In this document: positions 1 through 9,119 of the stretch, in pieces
How positions within the stretch are numbered: position 1 is the stretch's first letter
How the letters are laid out: every line of letters starts with the position of its first letter
Source: a virus
Length of the DNA: 49,451 bases
Virus record (IMG/VR): IMGVR_UViG_3300027976_003189
Direction: 5' to 3' (one strand)
Translations under genes and position numbers: made by a program
Notes under the pieces: model-generated
Told to the model about the DNA's origin: nothing
What the model saw: only the letters and a program-made list of their open reading frames with translations
Database searches by the model: none

Positions 1-2
1 CC

Positions 3-1121
3 TGTTTCTCTCATTATAGATAATGTTTTTTCACAACGCTTTTCAGACATGGTTATAAAATTATCATATAAATCAATTCCAATGTATGATCTTCCACATT
101 TTAGAGCAACTTCTCCAGTAGTGCCAGAACCAGAAAAAGGATCAATAACTATTCCAGGTCTATAATTATTATGTCCACAATCTGTCCAGCCTTTTGTCTC
201 AGGTTTCTTTGGAACATATACCTTACCAGAATCGCACCTGCCACTAACTTCTTTACTTGTCTCAGGATTATAATCTTCAAAAGATGTATATTTCCCAAAA
301 ACTCGATTTGTTTTTTTAGATATCTGAGAACCATCCTCAAATAAATCTACTACTTCCGATTTTGCTATTTCTCGCTTTTCATCATATTCGATCATTTCGG
401 TAATACGCTCTCGGCAAAATCCGCATGTATCACAAACGAACATAGGGCATGTCATTACCACTGGACGTTCACACAATACGGAAGGATAAACAGCATAATG
501 CTTTTCCGTGGTCTGCCCCATATTGACCCGCCATACATTAGATAAGTTTCTACCATCTACGGACGTTTCAGATTCCATTAGAGAGGAAGGCAAATACCTT
601 CTTATATTAGGTATGGTTATTCTTGGGATTCTAACGGCACAAGTATCCGTCCAAGCATCTAAAGCACTTTTTGTTTTTACAAATCTGTATATTTGCTCGT
701 AAGAATTGCCATTTAATCTACTTGGAGCTGGCTCTATCATACAGCCACCCTCAGTAGATCCATCCACATTTGTTACCATCTTTGCCCAAATAACACTATC
801 TGCCAATTTCCAACCGCTTTCAACCATTGCGAAAGCAAATCTTTCTGGGATCATTAATAATTCATTGTCTGTTCCCCTAGTGTCACCTAGATTAACCCAG
901 ATGCTACCTTTCGGATGTAAATTAATGTTATTAAATACTTGAACTAAATTAGATATAAAAACATTGATATCTTTTTCTTTACCAATTTCGTTATCAGAAT
1001 CTCCATATTTTCTTTTCTTAAAATAAGGGGGAGATGTGACAACGCAATTAGCTACAGGTAGCGAATGAAGATTAACTCTAGAATCACCTTTGAGTATTTG
1101 ATATGTCAACTTGTCGAACAT
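3..1121 (-). CDS. beta-class N4C/N6A DNA methyltransferase with Cys-rich insertion (3'-partial, runs off window)
   Basis: Not in the ORF track; translated by hand from ATG at 1121, open to the window edge (373 codons). MFDKLTYQILKGDS...CVVTSPPYF (motif IV)...GSIWVNLGD...HYAVYPSVLCE...VIDPFSGSGTTGEVALKCGRSYIGIDL (motif I). Motif IV precedes motif I, which defines the beta class. Confidence 0.93.
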   Translation of the reverse strand, partial: MFDKLTYQILKGDSRVNLHSLPVANCVVTSPPYFKKRKYGDSDNEIGKEKDINVFISNLVQVFNNINLHPKGSIWVNLGDTRGTDNELLMIPERFAFAMVESGWKLADSVIWAKMVTNVDGSTEGGCMIEPAPSRLNGNSYEQIYRFVKTKSALDAWTDTCAVRIPRITIPNIRRYLPSSLMESETSVDGRNLSNVWRVNMGQTTEKHYAVYPSVLCERPVVMTCPMFVCDTCGFCRERITEMIEYDEKREIAKSEVVDLFEDGSQISKKTNRVFGKYTSFEDYNPETSKEVSGRCDSGKVYVPKKPETKGWTDCGHNNYRPGIVIDPFSGSGTTGEVALKCGRSYIGIDLYDNFITMSEKRCEKTLSIMRET

Positions 1122-1127
1122 AGCCAC

Positions 1128-1403
1128 CTATTTAGAACCATTATGCTTCGTAGGATCATACTTTACCCTATGCCCACTTCTAGTTCGTAAATATTTTGGC
1201 CTCATCTTCTTAATATAATCCGGGTCTTTTTGCCACACTTCGGCATTAACATTGACAAGCCCAGGTGGTGATGAATTAAAAAACGGTATTTTATCGCAAA
1301 CAGTTCCATCTTCCAAAATGAAAGGTTTATCACTATCACTAAAATTTCTGATTTCATCAAAAATTTCACCTGTTAATGGATTTTTATAGCTAAAAAGTGG
1401 CAT
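1128..1403 (-). CDS. small FmdB-like (zinc-ribbon-derived) protein lacking most Cys ligands
   Basis: MPLFSYKNPLTGEIFDEIR resembles the MP(I/L)YEYxCxxCGxxFE start of FmdB-family proteins, but only one Cys remains; in operon context. Confidence 0.55.
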   Translation of the reverse strand: MPLFSYKNPLTGEIFDEIRNFSDSDKPFILEDGTVCDKIPFFNSSPPGLVNVNAEVWQKDPDYIKKMRPKYLRTRSGHRVKYDPTKHNGSK

Positions 1404-1406
1404 AAT

Positions 1407-1622
1407 TTATTCCGAATATCCATCGCAATTTATCACAAACATACAATCATCACCTCTCTGAATAACGCGATGTTCACTTGTTATTCCGAGAGTACTTACT
1501 GCTTTAAACTGTATATTATTAGAACAATCTTTTGTTTTACACCTATCACATAATGGGAGTATTGGTCCTGATACGCCGATCAATAAATGAGAAATCGGTA
1601 TTGTCTTACATTGATATTTCAT
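1407..1622 (-). CDS. small Cys-rich hypothetical protein (putative Zn-binding)
   Basis: 71 aa with CDRC-x3-C and C-x4-C; start overlaps the upstream stop by 1 nt. Confidence 0.7.
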   Translation of the reverse strand: MKYQCKTIPISHLLIGVSGPILPLCDRCKTKDCSNNIQFKAVSTLGITSEHRVIQRGDDCMFVINCDGYSE

Positions 1623-2191
1623 TAGCTTCTTTTAACTTCGCTTCCACCAGACGACATTGCCTTTCTCTGCAATGCGGAAGTCTCTCCTCTGAAAACAGGT
1701 CTATTGATTTTTTCTGACTCCCCAATGGACTTTAAGGTTTGAGAAGTCTTATCTACCAATGCGGATATATTGGAAAAATTTTCAATTGGAGATATATCGG
1801 CCATTTGATCTTCGGTATATCCAGATACCCTTGGTGCATTTGGTGCATTTGGCACATTAGATCTTAAAATCTGAGGAGCAGGAAGTGTGCAAGTTCTAGG
1901 AGGAGCACTTCTCCCAAAAGAAGGATTCTGAAAAGAATCAGTCTTTTGTTGCGATATTTTTGTAACAACAGAAACTGACGAAGCAGATATGAGAGATTTT
2001 TGTCTCAAATAATCAGTAACATCTGAAAACAAACTAGCAGGGAAATTAAACCATTCAGATTTATTCTCTGATACTGAGATGGTTGGAAACCCATCAAGTA
2101 TATGATACTTAACCCATAGTCTAGTACCTGTTTCGCTAGAATCATATGGAAATTCTACGGTAACCTGAGTGTCATTATCTATTATTGGCAT
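1622..2191 (-). CDS. hypothetical protein (globular N-terminus, disordered Pro/Ser-rich C-terminus)
   Basis: 189-aa ORF in the minus-strand operon, with low-complexity PNAPNAP. Confidence 0.8.
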   Translation of the reverse strand: MPIIDNDTQVTVEFPYDSSETGTRLWVKYHILDGFPTISVSENKSEWFNFPASLFSDVTDYLRQKSLISASSVSVVTKISQQKTDSFQNPSFGRSAPPRTCTLPAPQILRSNVPNAPNAPRVSGYTEDQMADISPIENFSNISALVDKTSQTLKSIGESEKINRPVFRGETSALQRKAMSSGGSEVKRS

Positions 2192-2194
2192 ATT

Positions 2195-2650
2195 CTATTC
2201 CTTTTCGTCTTCGTCTTCCTCTTCTATCTCTTCGACCAACTGTGGCCTTAATCCGTAAATTTTATCAAGATAGTCAGAGTCTACAAGTAATGTTAACCAG
2301 AAATGTTTCCAAAATTCTATATCACCCTTAGTAAGATCATTATGAGGCTTTGGCGTGTTCCATCCTCTATCTTGTGCCCAACAACTAATATACTGTATAT
2401 CTGGATTATAAAACACATCAGACATGGATGGAGTATAATCTATGATATAAAAATCTTTATTACTATAAAGATGTAACACCATAGAACCAGAACCAAATTC
2501 GCTATCAATAGTCAATGATGTTCTAACCATCCACTCTGCCACACAGGGCCATTCAGATGTCATGATTTTATTTATTGCAGAATAAAAGCCATCTGTTTCC
2601 AATACAGTTTGGTCAGAAAAATTTAAATAAACTTGTAAATCATCTTTCAT
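2195..2650 (-). CDS. hypothetical protein with acidic tail
   Basis: 151 aa; ATGA overlap with the upstream MTase stop; Trp-rich core and an EEIEEEDEDEKE tail. Confidence 0.8.
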   Translation of the reverse strand: MKDDLQVYLNFSDQTVLETDGFYSAINKIMTSEWPCVAEWMVRTSLTIDSEFGSGSMVLHLYSNKDFYIIDYTPSMSDVFYNPDIQYISCWAQDRGWNTPKPHNDLTKGDIEFWKHFWLTLLVDSDYLDKIYGLRPQLVEEIEEEDEDEKE

Positions 2651-3504
2651 GCGAAAATATCCGTTTCTTCCTGTACTTCTTTTTCTTCCTTTTTGACAGT
2701 TTCTTCAAATAAATCTGTCTTGCTAATATCATTCAGTCTATTATTAGAGAAATCGACATATTTCTGATCTAAATCCAATCCTATAAACTTTCTTCCTAAC
2801 TGCTTAGCAACATAACATGTAGTTCCAGTTCCTGAAAATATATCCATAACAATATCATCTGGATAGCTATTCATCTTAATAATTCCCTTTGCCAATTTCT
2901 CAGGAAAAGGAACTGGATGATCTCCTATATTTCTTGTTTCCGGTGTAATAAACCAAGTACTTAAAATAAACTCATTAAATTCTTTTGGAGTAAGATCAGA
3001 TATTTTTCCTGTTTCATTCGCAAGAGTATGTGTATTTTTATCCCAAATTAAAATATACTCATGGTTGCGACGAATAATAGGATTACTAGGAGATTTCCAA
3101 GATCCCCAGGCAGTTTTTCTTCCAACAGTATTTTGCTTATACCAGCATATTTCTGTTCTAAAATTCATACCTGTAACATTTCTCATTTGATTAATTAAAT
3201 CTGCGTAAATAGGTCTGTAGTACTCCTGGACTCTATCATCTTCATGATTTACAATAGAATCAATATTAATAGCCAATCTTCCACCTTCTCTTAGAACCCT
3301 ACCGCATTCTTTCCATATATTAGAAAGCCATTCTAGATAATCTTTCCATTGTGCATTATCATCATGAGTATTATACTTTATACCTACTTTGTAAGGTGGA
3401 CTCGTAAAAATTAAAGTAACCGAATTATCTGGGATTTTTTTCAATCCTTCAATAACGTCAGTACAATGTATTTTATTAACAATATCTTCAATTAGATCAG
3501 TCAT
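2647..3504 (-). CDS. beta-class N4C/N6A DNA methyltransferase
   Basis: LIFTSPPYK (IV), HPVPFPEKL, VMDIFSGTGTT...FIGLDL (I); AGGAG SD upstream. Confidence 0.95.
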   Translation of the reverse strand: MTDLIEDIVNKIHCTDVIEGLKKIPDNSVTLIFTSPPYKVGIKYNTHDDNAQWKDYLEWLSNIWKECGRVLREGGRLAINIDSIVNHEDDRVQEYYRPIYADLINQMRNVTGMNFRTEICWYKQNTVGRKTAWGSWKSPSNPIIRRNHEYILIWDKNTHTLANETGKISDLTPKEFNEFILSTWFITPETRNIGDHPVPFPEKLAKGIIKMNSYPDDIVMDIFSGTGTTCYVAKQLGRKFIGLDLDQKYVDFSNNRLNDISKTDLFEETVKKEEKEVQEETDIFA

Positions 3505-3531
3505 GCTTCAACTCCTTTCATATCAAAAAAT

Positions 3532-4368
3532 TTAAAAGAGATCCATGTTTAATTTCTCTAATTCCTTGTTAGTCATATCTATGTATTCTTTATTCAAATC
3601 TATACCTATATATCTTCTATCATGTTCAAGACTAGATATGCCTGTTGTACCACTTCCCTGAAATGGATCTAAAACTACGTCATTGACATCTGTAAAAAGT
3701 TTAATAAAAAATTCAGGTATAGATTTTGGGTATGCCGCTGGATGATTCTTATTGGAGCACTCTGTTGGAAAATATAAAACGTTTGTTGGATAAACCATTT
3801 CTTTTCCAATCCAATTCGACATTTTTCTACCAAATGAGCTTCCTGTGTCTGACATATTTCTAGACTTATCTGTTTCACTAATATTTTTTAATCTACTATC
3901 AGCCCAATCTCCAATAGGAACCATAACGCTATCCTGATTCATTTTAAATACAGAGTTTATATTAAATTGCAAGCACCTTTCCCAAGCATCTCTAAATCTA
4001 TTAGGCCATTTCCCTGGAAAAGAATTTCTTTTATGCCAAATCCATTCTTCTGTCCATAACCAGCCTTGTTTTTTAAGAGCTAATATTAATTCTAAAACAT
4101 AAGTATGTCTTTCTTTATTTACAATTTTCTCTTTAATATTAAGTATAAATGTACCTGTTGGCTTCAAAACTCTAAAAATATGCTTAGATATAGGCAAGAA
4201 CCAATCTACATATTCGTCTGGTTTTGGACCTCCATATGTATCTTTTCTAGCATCAGCGTATGGTGGAGATGTAACTACCAGGTCGATAGAGGAAGTATTC
4301 ATCTCCTCAAATACGTCGAGGCAGTTACCGTTATAAAGAACATATTTTGATTTATTTAAATCAATCAT
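3532..4368 (-). CDS. beta-class N4C/N6A DNA methyltransferase
   Basis: LVVTSPPYA (IV), RVLKPTGTFILNI, HPAAYP, VLDPFQGSGTTG...YIGIDL (I). Confidence 0.95.
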   Translation of the reverse strand: MIDLNKSKYVLYNGNCLDVFEEMNTSSIDLVVTSPPYADARKDTYGGPKPDEYVDWFLPISKHIFRVLKPTGTFILNIKEKIVNKERHTYVLELILALKKQGWLWTEEWIWHKRNSFPGKWPNRFRDAWERCLQFNINSVFKMNQDSVMVPIGDWADSRLKNISETDKSRNMSDTGSSFGRKMSNWIGKEMVYPTNVLYFPTECSNKNHPAAYPKSIPEFFIKLFTDVNDVVLDPFQGSGTTGISSLEHDRRYIGIDLNKEYIDMTNKELEKLNMDLF

Positions 4369-4898
4369 TTTAATCTTAAAAATCTACCCTTAATGCCTGA
4401 TTGTATCATTCTATTTGTACACTCATTACCATATGAAACTAAAACAGATGGTCCTCCAGAGTTGCTAGATCCTGGCTTTCCACTGGTATAGCAAAATGTA
4501 AGCCTGCCTTCTATAAAAAGTATTCCATCTGCTTTTTCAAAAATATGTCTATGGAACATATCAGTATCAGTTCTGGCAAAAATCAAGGATATTCCATTAC
4601 CATGTTTTGCCAAACGATCTAACCATTTTCCTGTATGCGAACCATAAGGCGGATTTAACCAAACGCAACCTTCCCAGTCTTGTAATAAACCGTCTTCTTT
4701 GGCAGTATAATATTTCCTGGCTGTATCCCAGGGGCGAACAGTAGAAGCACAGGGGTCTAAATCAAATGGTCCTAATTTATCTATAACCCATTTAGGAGTC
4801 AGCCATTCATTTGTCTGTCCCTCATATGCTCTCTGATGCCCTCCTATACCCAAACCTCTTCTGGATGAATATTCTTCAAATAGATCATTAGGTATCAT
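4365..4898 (-). CDS. phage-type N6-adenine DNA methyltransferase (phage Dam-like family)
   Basis: EWLTP, FDLDPCA, DGLLQDW, VWLNPPYG, ARTDT, GRLTF. The ATG at 4898 with a GGAG SD is preferred over the track start at 4916. Confidence 0.92.
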   Translation of the reverse strand: MIPNDLFEEYSSRRGLGIGGHQRAYEGQTNEWLTPKWVIDKLGPFDLDPCASTVRPWDTARKYYTAKEDGLLQDWEGCVWLNPPYGSHTGKWLDRLAKHGNGISLIFARTDTDMFHRHIFEKADGILFIEGRLTFCYTSGKPGSSNSGGPSVLVSYGNECTNRMIQSGIKGRFLRLK

Positions 4899-5685
4899 AG
4901 CTGTCTCCAATATCAATATCAGATTCTATTCTAGATATGGCATTTTGGTAATATTCTTTATTCATTTCGTAACCAACATAATTTCTACCACATCTTTTTG
5001 CTGCCAAGGCTGTTTGGCCAGAACCCATAAAAGGATCTAAAACTAAATCTCCTACAAAGCTATAAAGCCTAATTAGTCTATAAGGTAATTCAATAGGGAA
5101 TGGAGCTGGGTGGGCTAACTTCTTAGAATTAACTGGCTGTATATCCCACAGATCAACTGCCCAATCAGCCCATTCTTTTTTGCTAATAATACTTTTATTT
5201 CTTATATCATCCGAAATTATTTTCTTAAAATCGCCTCTCTGTTTTCTTGCAGTTATAATATGCTCAGTAAGCCCGCTAATAAGAATCAAACCGGGACTGG
5301 GGTACGTACCAAATAATTTTTGCGTAGCAGTTCCTTTTCCTTTATACCAGATAATATCTTTCTCATAAAAGAAACCCAAATCTCTCATAATACAAATTGT
5401 ATCAGCCAGTAATGGTAAAGTTCCTGTTCTTTCTTCCGATTTATCCTTTGGAGGATTAGGAAGGCACTCTTGTATATTCCAGCATATCCACCCTCCTGGC
5501 TTCAATACTCGATAACACTCTTTTATTATTTCTGATATAAAGTCGAGATGATCCTTATATGTTGGCCAGCTCGAATAGCTTTTTAAATTGAAATATGGTG
5601 GAGAACTAACTATCAGATCGACAGAGCTATCCGCCAAATCGTTCATAAATTGGCATGAAGAGTTATGTATTGTATTAACTTGCAT
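4888..5685 (-). CDS. beta-class N4C/N6A DNA methyltransferase
   Basis: LIVSSPPYF (IV), RVLKPGG, HPAPFPIELP, VLDPFMGSGQT...YVGYE (I). Confidence 0.95.
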   Translation of the reverse strand: MQVNTIHNSSCQFMNDLADSSVDLIVSSPPYFNLKSYSSWPTYKDHLDFISEIIKECYRVLKPGGWICWNIQECLPNPPKDKSEERTGTLPLLADTICIMRDLGFFYEKDIIWYKGKGTATQKLFGTYPSPGLILISGLTEHIITARKQRGDFKKIISDDIRNKSIISKKEWADWAVDLWDIQPVNSKKLAHPAPFPIELPYRLIRLYSFVGDLVLDPFMGSGQTALAAKRCGRNYVGYEMNKEYYQNAISRIESDIDIGDSYDT

Positions 5686-6277
5686 TTAAAATCTTCTTTT
5701 CTCTTTTATTCATAACATACTTTTGCCTCTTTGAAAGCCTGTCAGCTATGCCTTCATAAATTATTTTCAGAGACTCAGAGTCTCTTGCTCTAATAATAGG
5801 ATCTATTTTTCGATATGTGGCATCAACATTTTTCAATTCATCAGTATCATACTCTACGTCTATTAAATAATTAAAAAGAGTTCTACTAATAAGTAAACAA
5901 AACTCGTCTAAAGAATCTATTTCTTTTCCCTCGATGTCTTTGTCTTTAATAAATGCAGCTATTTCATCTACTCTATCTCTATCTGTTATATTCAAATCGC
6001 CAGCTATTTTTCTTATAGCTTCGCTTATATTATAGTTTTTAAGAAAGCATATAAGATTTATTAAATCTCCTCCCTTGCCACATCCAAAGCATTTGAATGT
6101 CTGGTAGTCCCCGTCATCAAATATATAAAAAGAAGGTGACTTATCTGCATGAAGAGGACATGTATATACATATCTTCCACTGTACTGTTTTGCATGGAAT
6201 ATATTCTCAGAAGCAAGATATTCTACAATCTTCTTCTTTTGCAAAATGCTTTTTATAAATGGGTATCTTGTTGACAT
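5675..6277 (-). CDS. stand-alone CHC2 zinc-finger protein (DnaG primase zinc-binding domain without TOPRIM)
   Basis: CPLHADKSPSF...FKCFGCGKGGDLINL...EAIRKIA is the DnaG zinc-binding domain; the remaining ~100 aa look helical with no EGxxD/DxD TOPRIM motifs. Confidence 0.88.
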   Translation of the reverse strand: MSTRYPFIKSILQKKKIVEYLASENIFHAKQYSGRYVYTCPLHADKSPSFYIFDDGDYQTFKCFGCGKGGDLINLICFLKNYNISEAIRKIAGDLNITDRDRVDEIAAFIKDKDIEGKEIDSLDEFCLLISRTLFNYLIDVEYDTDELKNVDATYRKIDPIIRARDSESLKIIYEGIADRLSKRQKYVMNKREKKILNAS

Positions 6278-7764
6278 TAGAATGAGAATATACTATTAAC
6301 GTCTTTAGATTTCACTTTCTTTTTATCATCCGCGGGTTTTTTCTCAAAAGATATATCCTTCATAGCATCATCAACCTTCTTGAGTATATCGCCAGTATCT
6401 GCCGTTGTCCAGTCCAAAGACCTTATAAGACTTATTTCTGGTTTTACTTCTAGAACAGCACTTGTTTGATTATCCCTAAATACTTTCTTACCGTTTCTAG
6501 CTTTGATCACGAAGAATTGCAATCTTTCAGTTGGGTTAGTTGGATCTGGAAACTGTGCGTATATATTATCGGCATCAGCAGAATATTCATGACTTCCTCT
6601 AATATCCTCGGAATATGCCATCATCTTATCAGATTGCGATCTACGCAATCTCTTAAGAGCTTCTCTTCCTATCTGGGCACCTGAAACAATTGCAAAATTA
6701 TACGCTTTTCCCATAGACCTTAGATCTTTTAGCATATCACCAATTTCTAGATCGTTTCTTCCATCTCTTGATAAATCAGGAATTAAGTTAGCAATATAAT
6801 CTATAACTACCAATCTTGGTTTGAATAATTCTATGTGCTTATCTATCTCTCTCCTGATAATAGATACCTTAATTCTTTCCATATATTCTAAAAAATAAAT
6901 CTGAGAAGGCAACTTGACCCATTCCTCAGTTGTATCCTCTATCTTCTTAACTTCTTCATCTGTTAAATGTTTTTTCTTTACTATCTTTTCAAAATTAATT
7001 TGAGTTTCTCTAGAAACCATTTTCTCGATAACTTGTCCTCTAGTCATCTCTAACGGAACAAATAAAACATTTTCTTTTTTATCTTTCCAAATATTCAATG
7101 CCACATTGAGCATCATAGTGGATTTGAAACCTCCAATATCCCCGCAAAATAAAGTCAAAGTTCCTGGAGCGAATCCGTTTAACATTGTATCATCTATTTC
7201 TCTTATGCCACAGCCCAGTACAGGATCTTCTTTAATCTTCCCACTCTTATAATCTTTAATCTTCTGAATATAATCAGGCATAAAATCTAGAACATTTTCA
7301 TAAATCATTTCTTTATGAGAACCAGATTGTTCATCGAACAGCCCTGACAGATCATCAGATAATTTTTTAACAGCTAGGAGATTACCCTTTTTTTCCTGAT
7401 TTTTAGGAAATTGCTGAATTAAATCAGCAGCATTTTGAGCTAAAAAGGAATCTATAATTTTCGACTGAAGCATTGGAAAATCATCTATATTAACAGGAAA
7501 GGAAGATATCCTGTTATAGAGAGTTTCTTCTCCAATAGCTGTTTTCTTATTCTTATATAAATTAAGAACATAATTCTGATAAGACTTTCTTGTTAGCAAA
7601 ACACCATGTTCATTTGCATCCCTGATAGCATCTAAAATAATACGGAATGTTTTGTCAAAATACTTAATAGATGGCTGACCATCAACCCAATTAGAAACCA
7701 ACGTCTTGTTAGTAAGTAACAAGCTAATAAAATGCATTTGGTTTTTTAATCTATCATCGTTCAT
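6277..7764 (-). CDS. dnaB: replicative DnaB-like (SF4) helicase
   Basis: H1 LTLFCGDIGGFKST, H1a VLFVPLEM, H2 LVVIDYI, H3 AIVSGAQIGR, H4 DIRGSHEYSADAD, and KARNG. Confidence 0.93.
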   Translation of the reverse strand: MNDDRLKNQMHFISLLLTNKTLVSNWVDGQPSIKYFDKTFRIILDAIRDANEHGVLLTRKSYQNYVLNLYKNKKTAIGEETLYNRISSFPVNIDDFPMLQSKIIDSFLAQNAADLIQQFPKNQEKKGNLLAVKKLSDDLSGLFDEQSGSHKEMIYENVLDFMPDYIQKIKDYKSGKIKEDPVLGCGIREIDDTMLNGFAPGTLTLFCGDIGGFKSTMMLNVALNIWKDKKENVLFVPLEMTRGQVIEKMVSRETQINFEKIVKKKHLTDEEVKKIEDTTEEWVKLPSQIYFLEYMERIKVSIIRREIDKHIELFKPRLVVIDYIANLIPDLSRDGRNDLEIGDMLKDLRSMGKAYNFAIVSGAQIGREALKRLRRSQSDKMMAYSEDIRGSHEYSADADNIYAQFPDPTNPTERLQFFVIKARNGKKVFRDNQTSAVLEVKPEISLIRSLDWTTADTGDILKKVDDAMKDISFEKKPADDKKKVKSKDVNSIFSF

Positions 7765-8575
7765 TGTTGCCCCTTCTATTATCGGGACATAAAGATATTA
7801 CACAAGTATTTTTAGAAGTAACTATGCGATTTATAGCTGGTCCTAAATATTTTTCTATATCCATTTCTAATTCTGTTCTAAATACTAGTATCGTTATAAG
7901 TTTTTGCTCTATTCTCTGAAAAAAGAACGGATCTATAAATTGTAAATCGAATGCTATAGATCCTGAAGATAAACTAAACTGAGATTGAGATATATTATCA
8001 ACAACAAGCCAATCACATGACTGATAGTGAACTGCTTCTACCCCGTTATCCTCACGATTCATGCTTGAGTTTTTTAATATGGTTTTTAATTTTGTATATT
8101 CTACCCACCCGTATTTAGATTGCATATTTCTATTGCTATTATCGGCTTTGCTCTTAATAGCCTCTTTTAATGCAATAGCAGCAATCATAGATCTTCCTGA
8201 TTTGCCATCAGCATCGCTGAAAATAACTAGATTATTCCCATTATCTTTTCTCTCATTCATTGCTTTAATAGACATGTCTGTTATATTTATACCTGGTTTT
8301 TGCAAACCAGATAAATCGCTATTGTAACAATATCTTGCGATCTGTTCTTTTGCTTTTCTAGCTACAGAAATAGGAACCACCTGCTTGTCATCTATCATGC
8401 CAGTAAAATTGTCTATCGTATACTGCCTATATTCTTCTGGAATAGTGCAAAGCGTCCATGCCATTACCTCTGCAATAATATCGCATGAACAACAATTATG
8501 TGATTTACAGCCACTTGGACAGTATTTTGCCTTTATAACAGCAAATTGCGAATTTTTAGTTGGACCTATGTTCAT
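7754..8575 (-). CDS. DnaC/IstB-like helicase loader with degenerate ATPase motifs
   Basis: N-terminal Cys cluster then IPEEYRQYTIDNF; Walker A-like NLVIFSDADGKSGRSMIAAIA; Walker B-like DWLVVDNI; directly upstream of dnaB. Confidence 0.72.
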   Translation of the reverse strand: MNIGPTKNSQFAVIKAKYCPSGCKSHNCCSCDIIAEVMAWTLCTIPEEYRQYTIDNFTGMIDDKQVVPISVARKAKEQIARYCYNSDLSGLQKPGINITDMSIKAMNERKDNGNNLVIFSDADGKSGRSMIAAIALKEAIKSKADNSNRNMQSKYGWVEYTKLKTILKNSSMNREDNGVEAVHYQSCDWLVVDNISQSQFSLSSGSIAFDLQFIDPFFFQRIEQKLITILVFRTELEMDIEKYLGPAINRIVTSKNTCVISLCPDNRRGNNER

Positions 8576-8586
8576 ATGTCTTTAGC

Positions 8587-8595
8587 AGTATACCC
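8587..8595 (-). promoter_or_regulatory. candidate -10 element (GGGTATACT) upstream of the loader/dnaB genes
   Basis: TATACT lies in the 34-bp gap, 11 nt before the ATG at 8575; no clear -35. Confidence 0.35.
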
Positions 8596-8609
8596 TAAAA
8601 TAATTCACA

Positions 8610-9119
8610 TCATATTGGCGAGATAGTGACAGATAATAATTTGCTAGAAGATGACACCTGCCCTACAACTCCATATTCTTTAAATTTACTTAAAATGGAT
8701 AAAAATTTATCCCTATTATCTTTAACCATTTGGGTTAGTCTACCTTTAATTTCCATTCCGAATTGAACTTTATGTTTTTTTTGTAAAAATTCAATAACTT
8801 TCTTTTCCTTAATTTCTAAATCATGCTCTGCAATAACAGGACTTATAAATACCTGCTTTACAGTCTTATCAGAACTTTCATTGATTTTCTTTTTCTTAGA
8901 AATATCATACTTCAACTTTCCATAATCCATTATTTTACAAATAGAAGGTTCAGTTTTTTTGCCCTCCTGTACTTCAACAAGATCTAACCCGAATTCTATA
9001 GCCTTTTTTCTAGCATCATAGATACTTGTCAAGCCTACACCCGATCCATCAGGTAATACCAAAAATACTTTTGGCGAACGAATCTGTTCATTAATCTTAA
9101 ATAAAATCTTAGCCGACAT
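8610..9119 (-). CDS. infC: translation initiation factor IF-3
   Basis: KINEQIRSPKVFLV...GLDLVEV...CKIMDYGKLKY (N domain) and KQVFISPVIAEHDLEIK...FLQKKHKV...KGR (C domain). AGGAG SD; the ATG at 9119 overlaps the upstream TGA. Confidence 0.93.
   Translation of the reverse strand: MSAKILFKINEQIRSPKVFLVLPDGSGVGLTSIYDARKKAIEFGLDLVEVQEGKKTEPSICKIMDYGKLKYDISKKKKINESSDKTVKQVFISPVIAEHDLEIKEKKVIEFLQKKHKVQFGMEIKGRLTQMVKDNRDKFLSILSKFKEYGVVGQVSSSSKLLSVTISPI

Noticed and set aside
149-340. 63-aa minus-strand ORF (also 3675-3878, 35418-35636, 39238-39432)
   Set aside because: Out-of-frame ORFs nested within longer motif-bearing genes.
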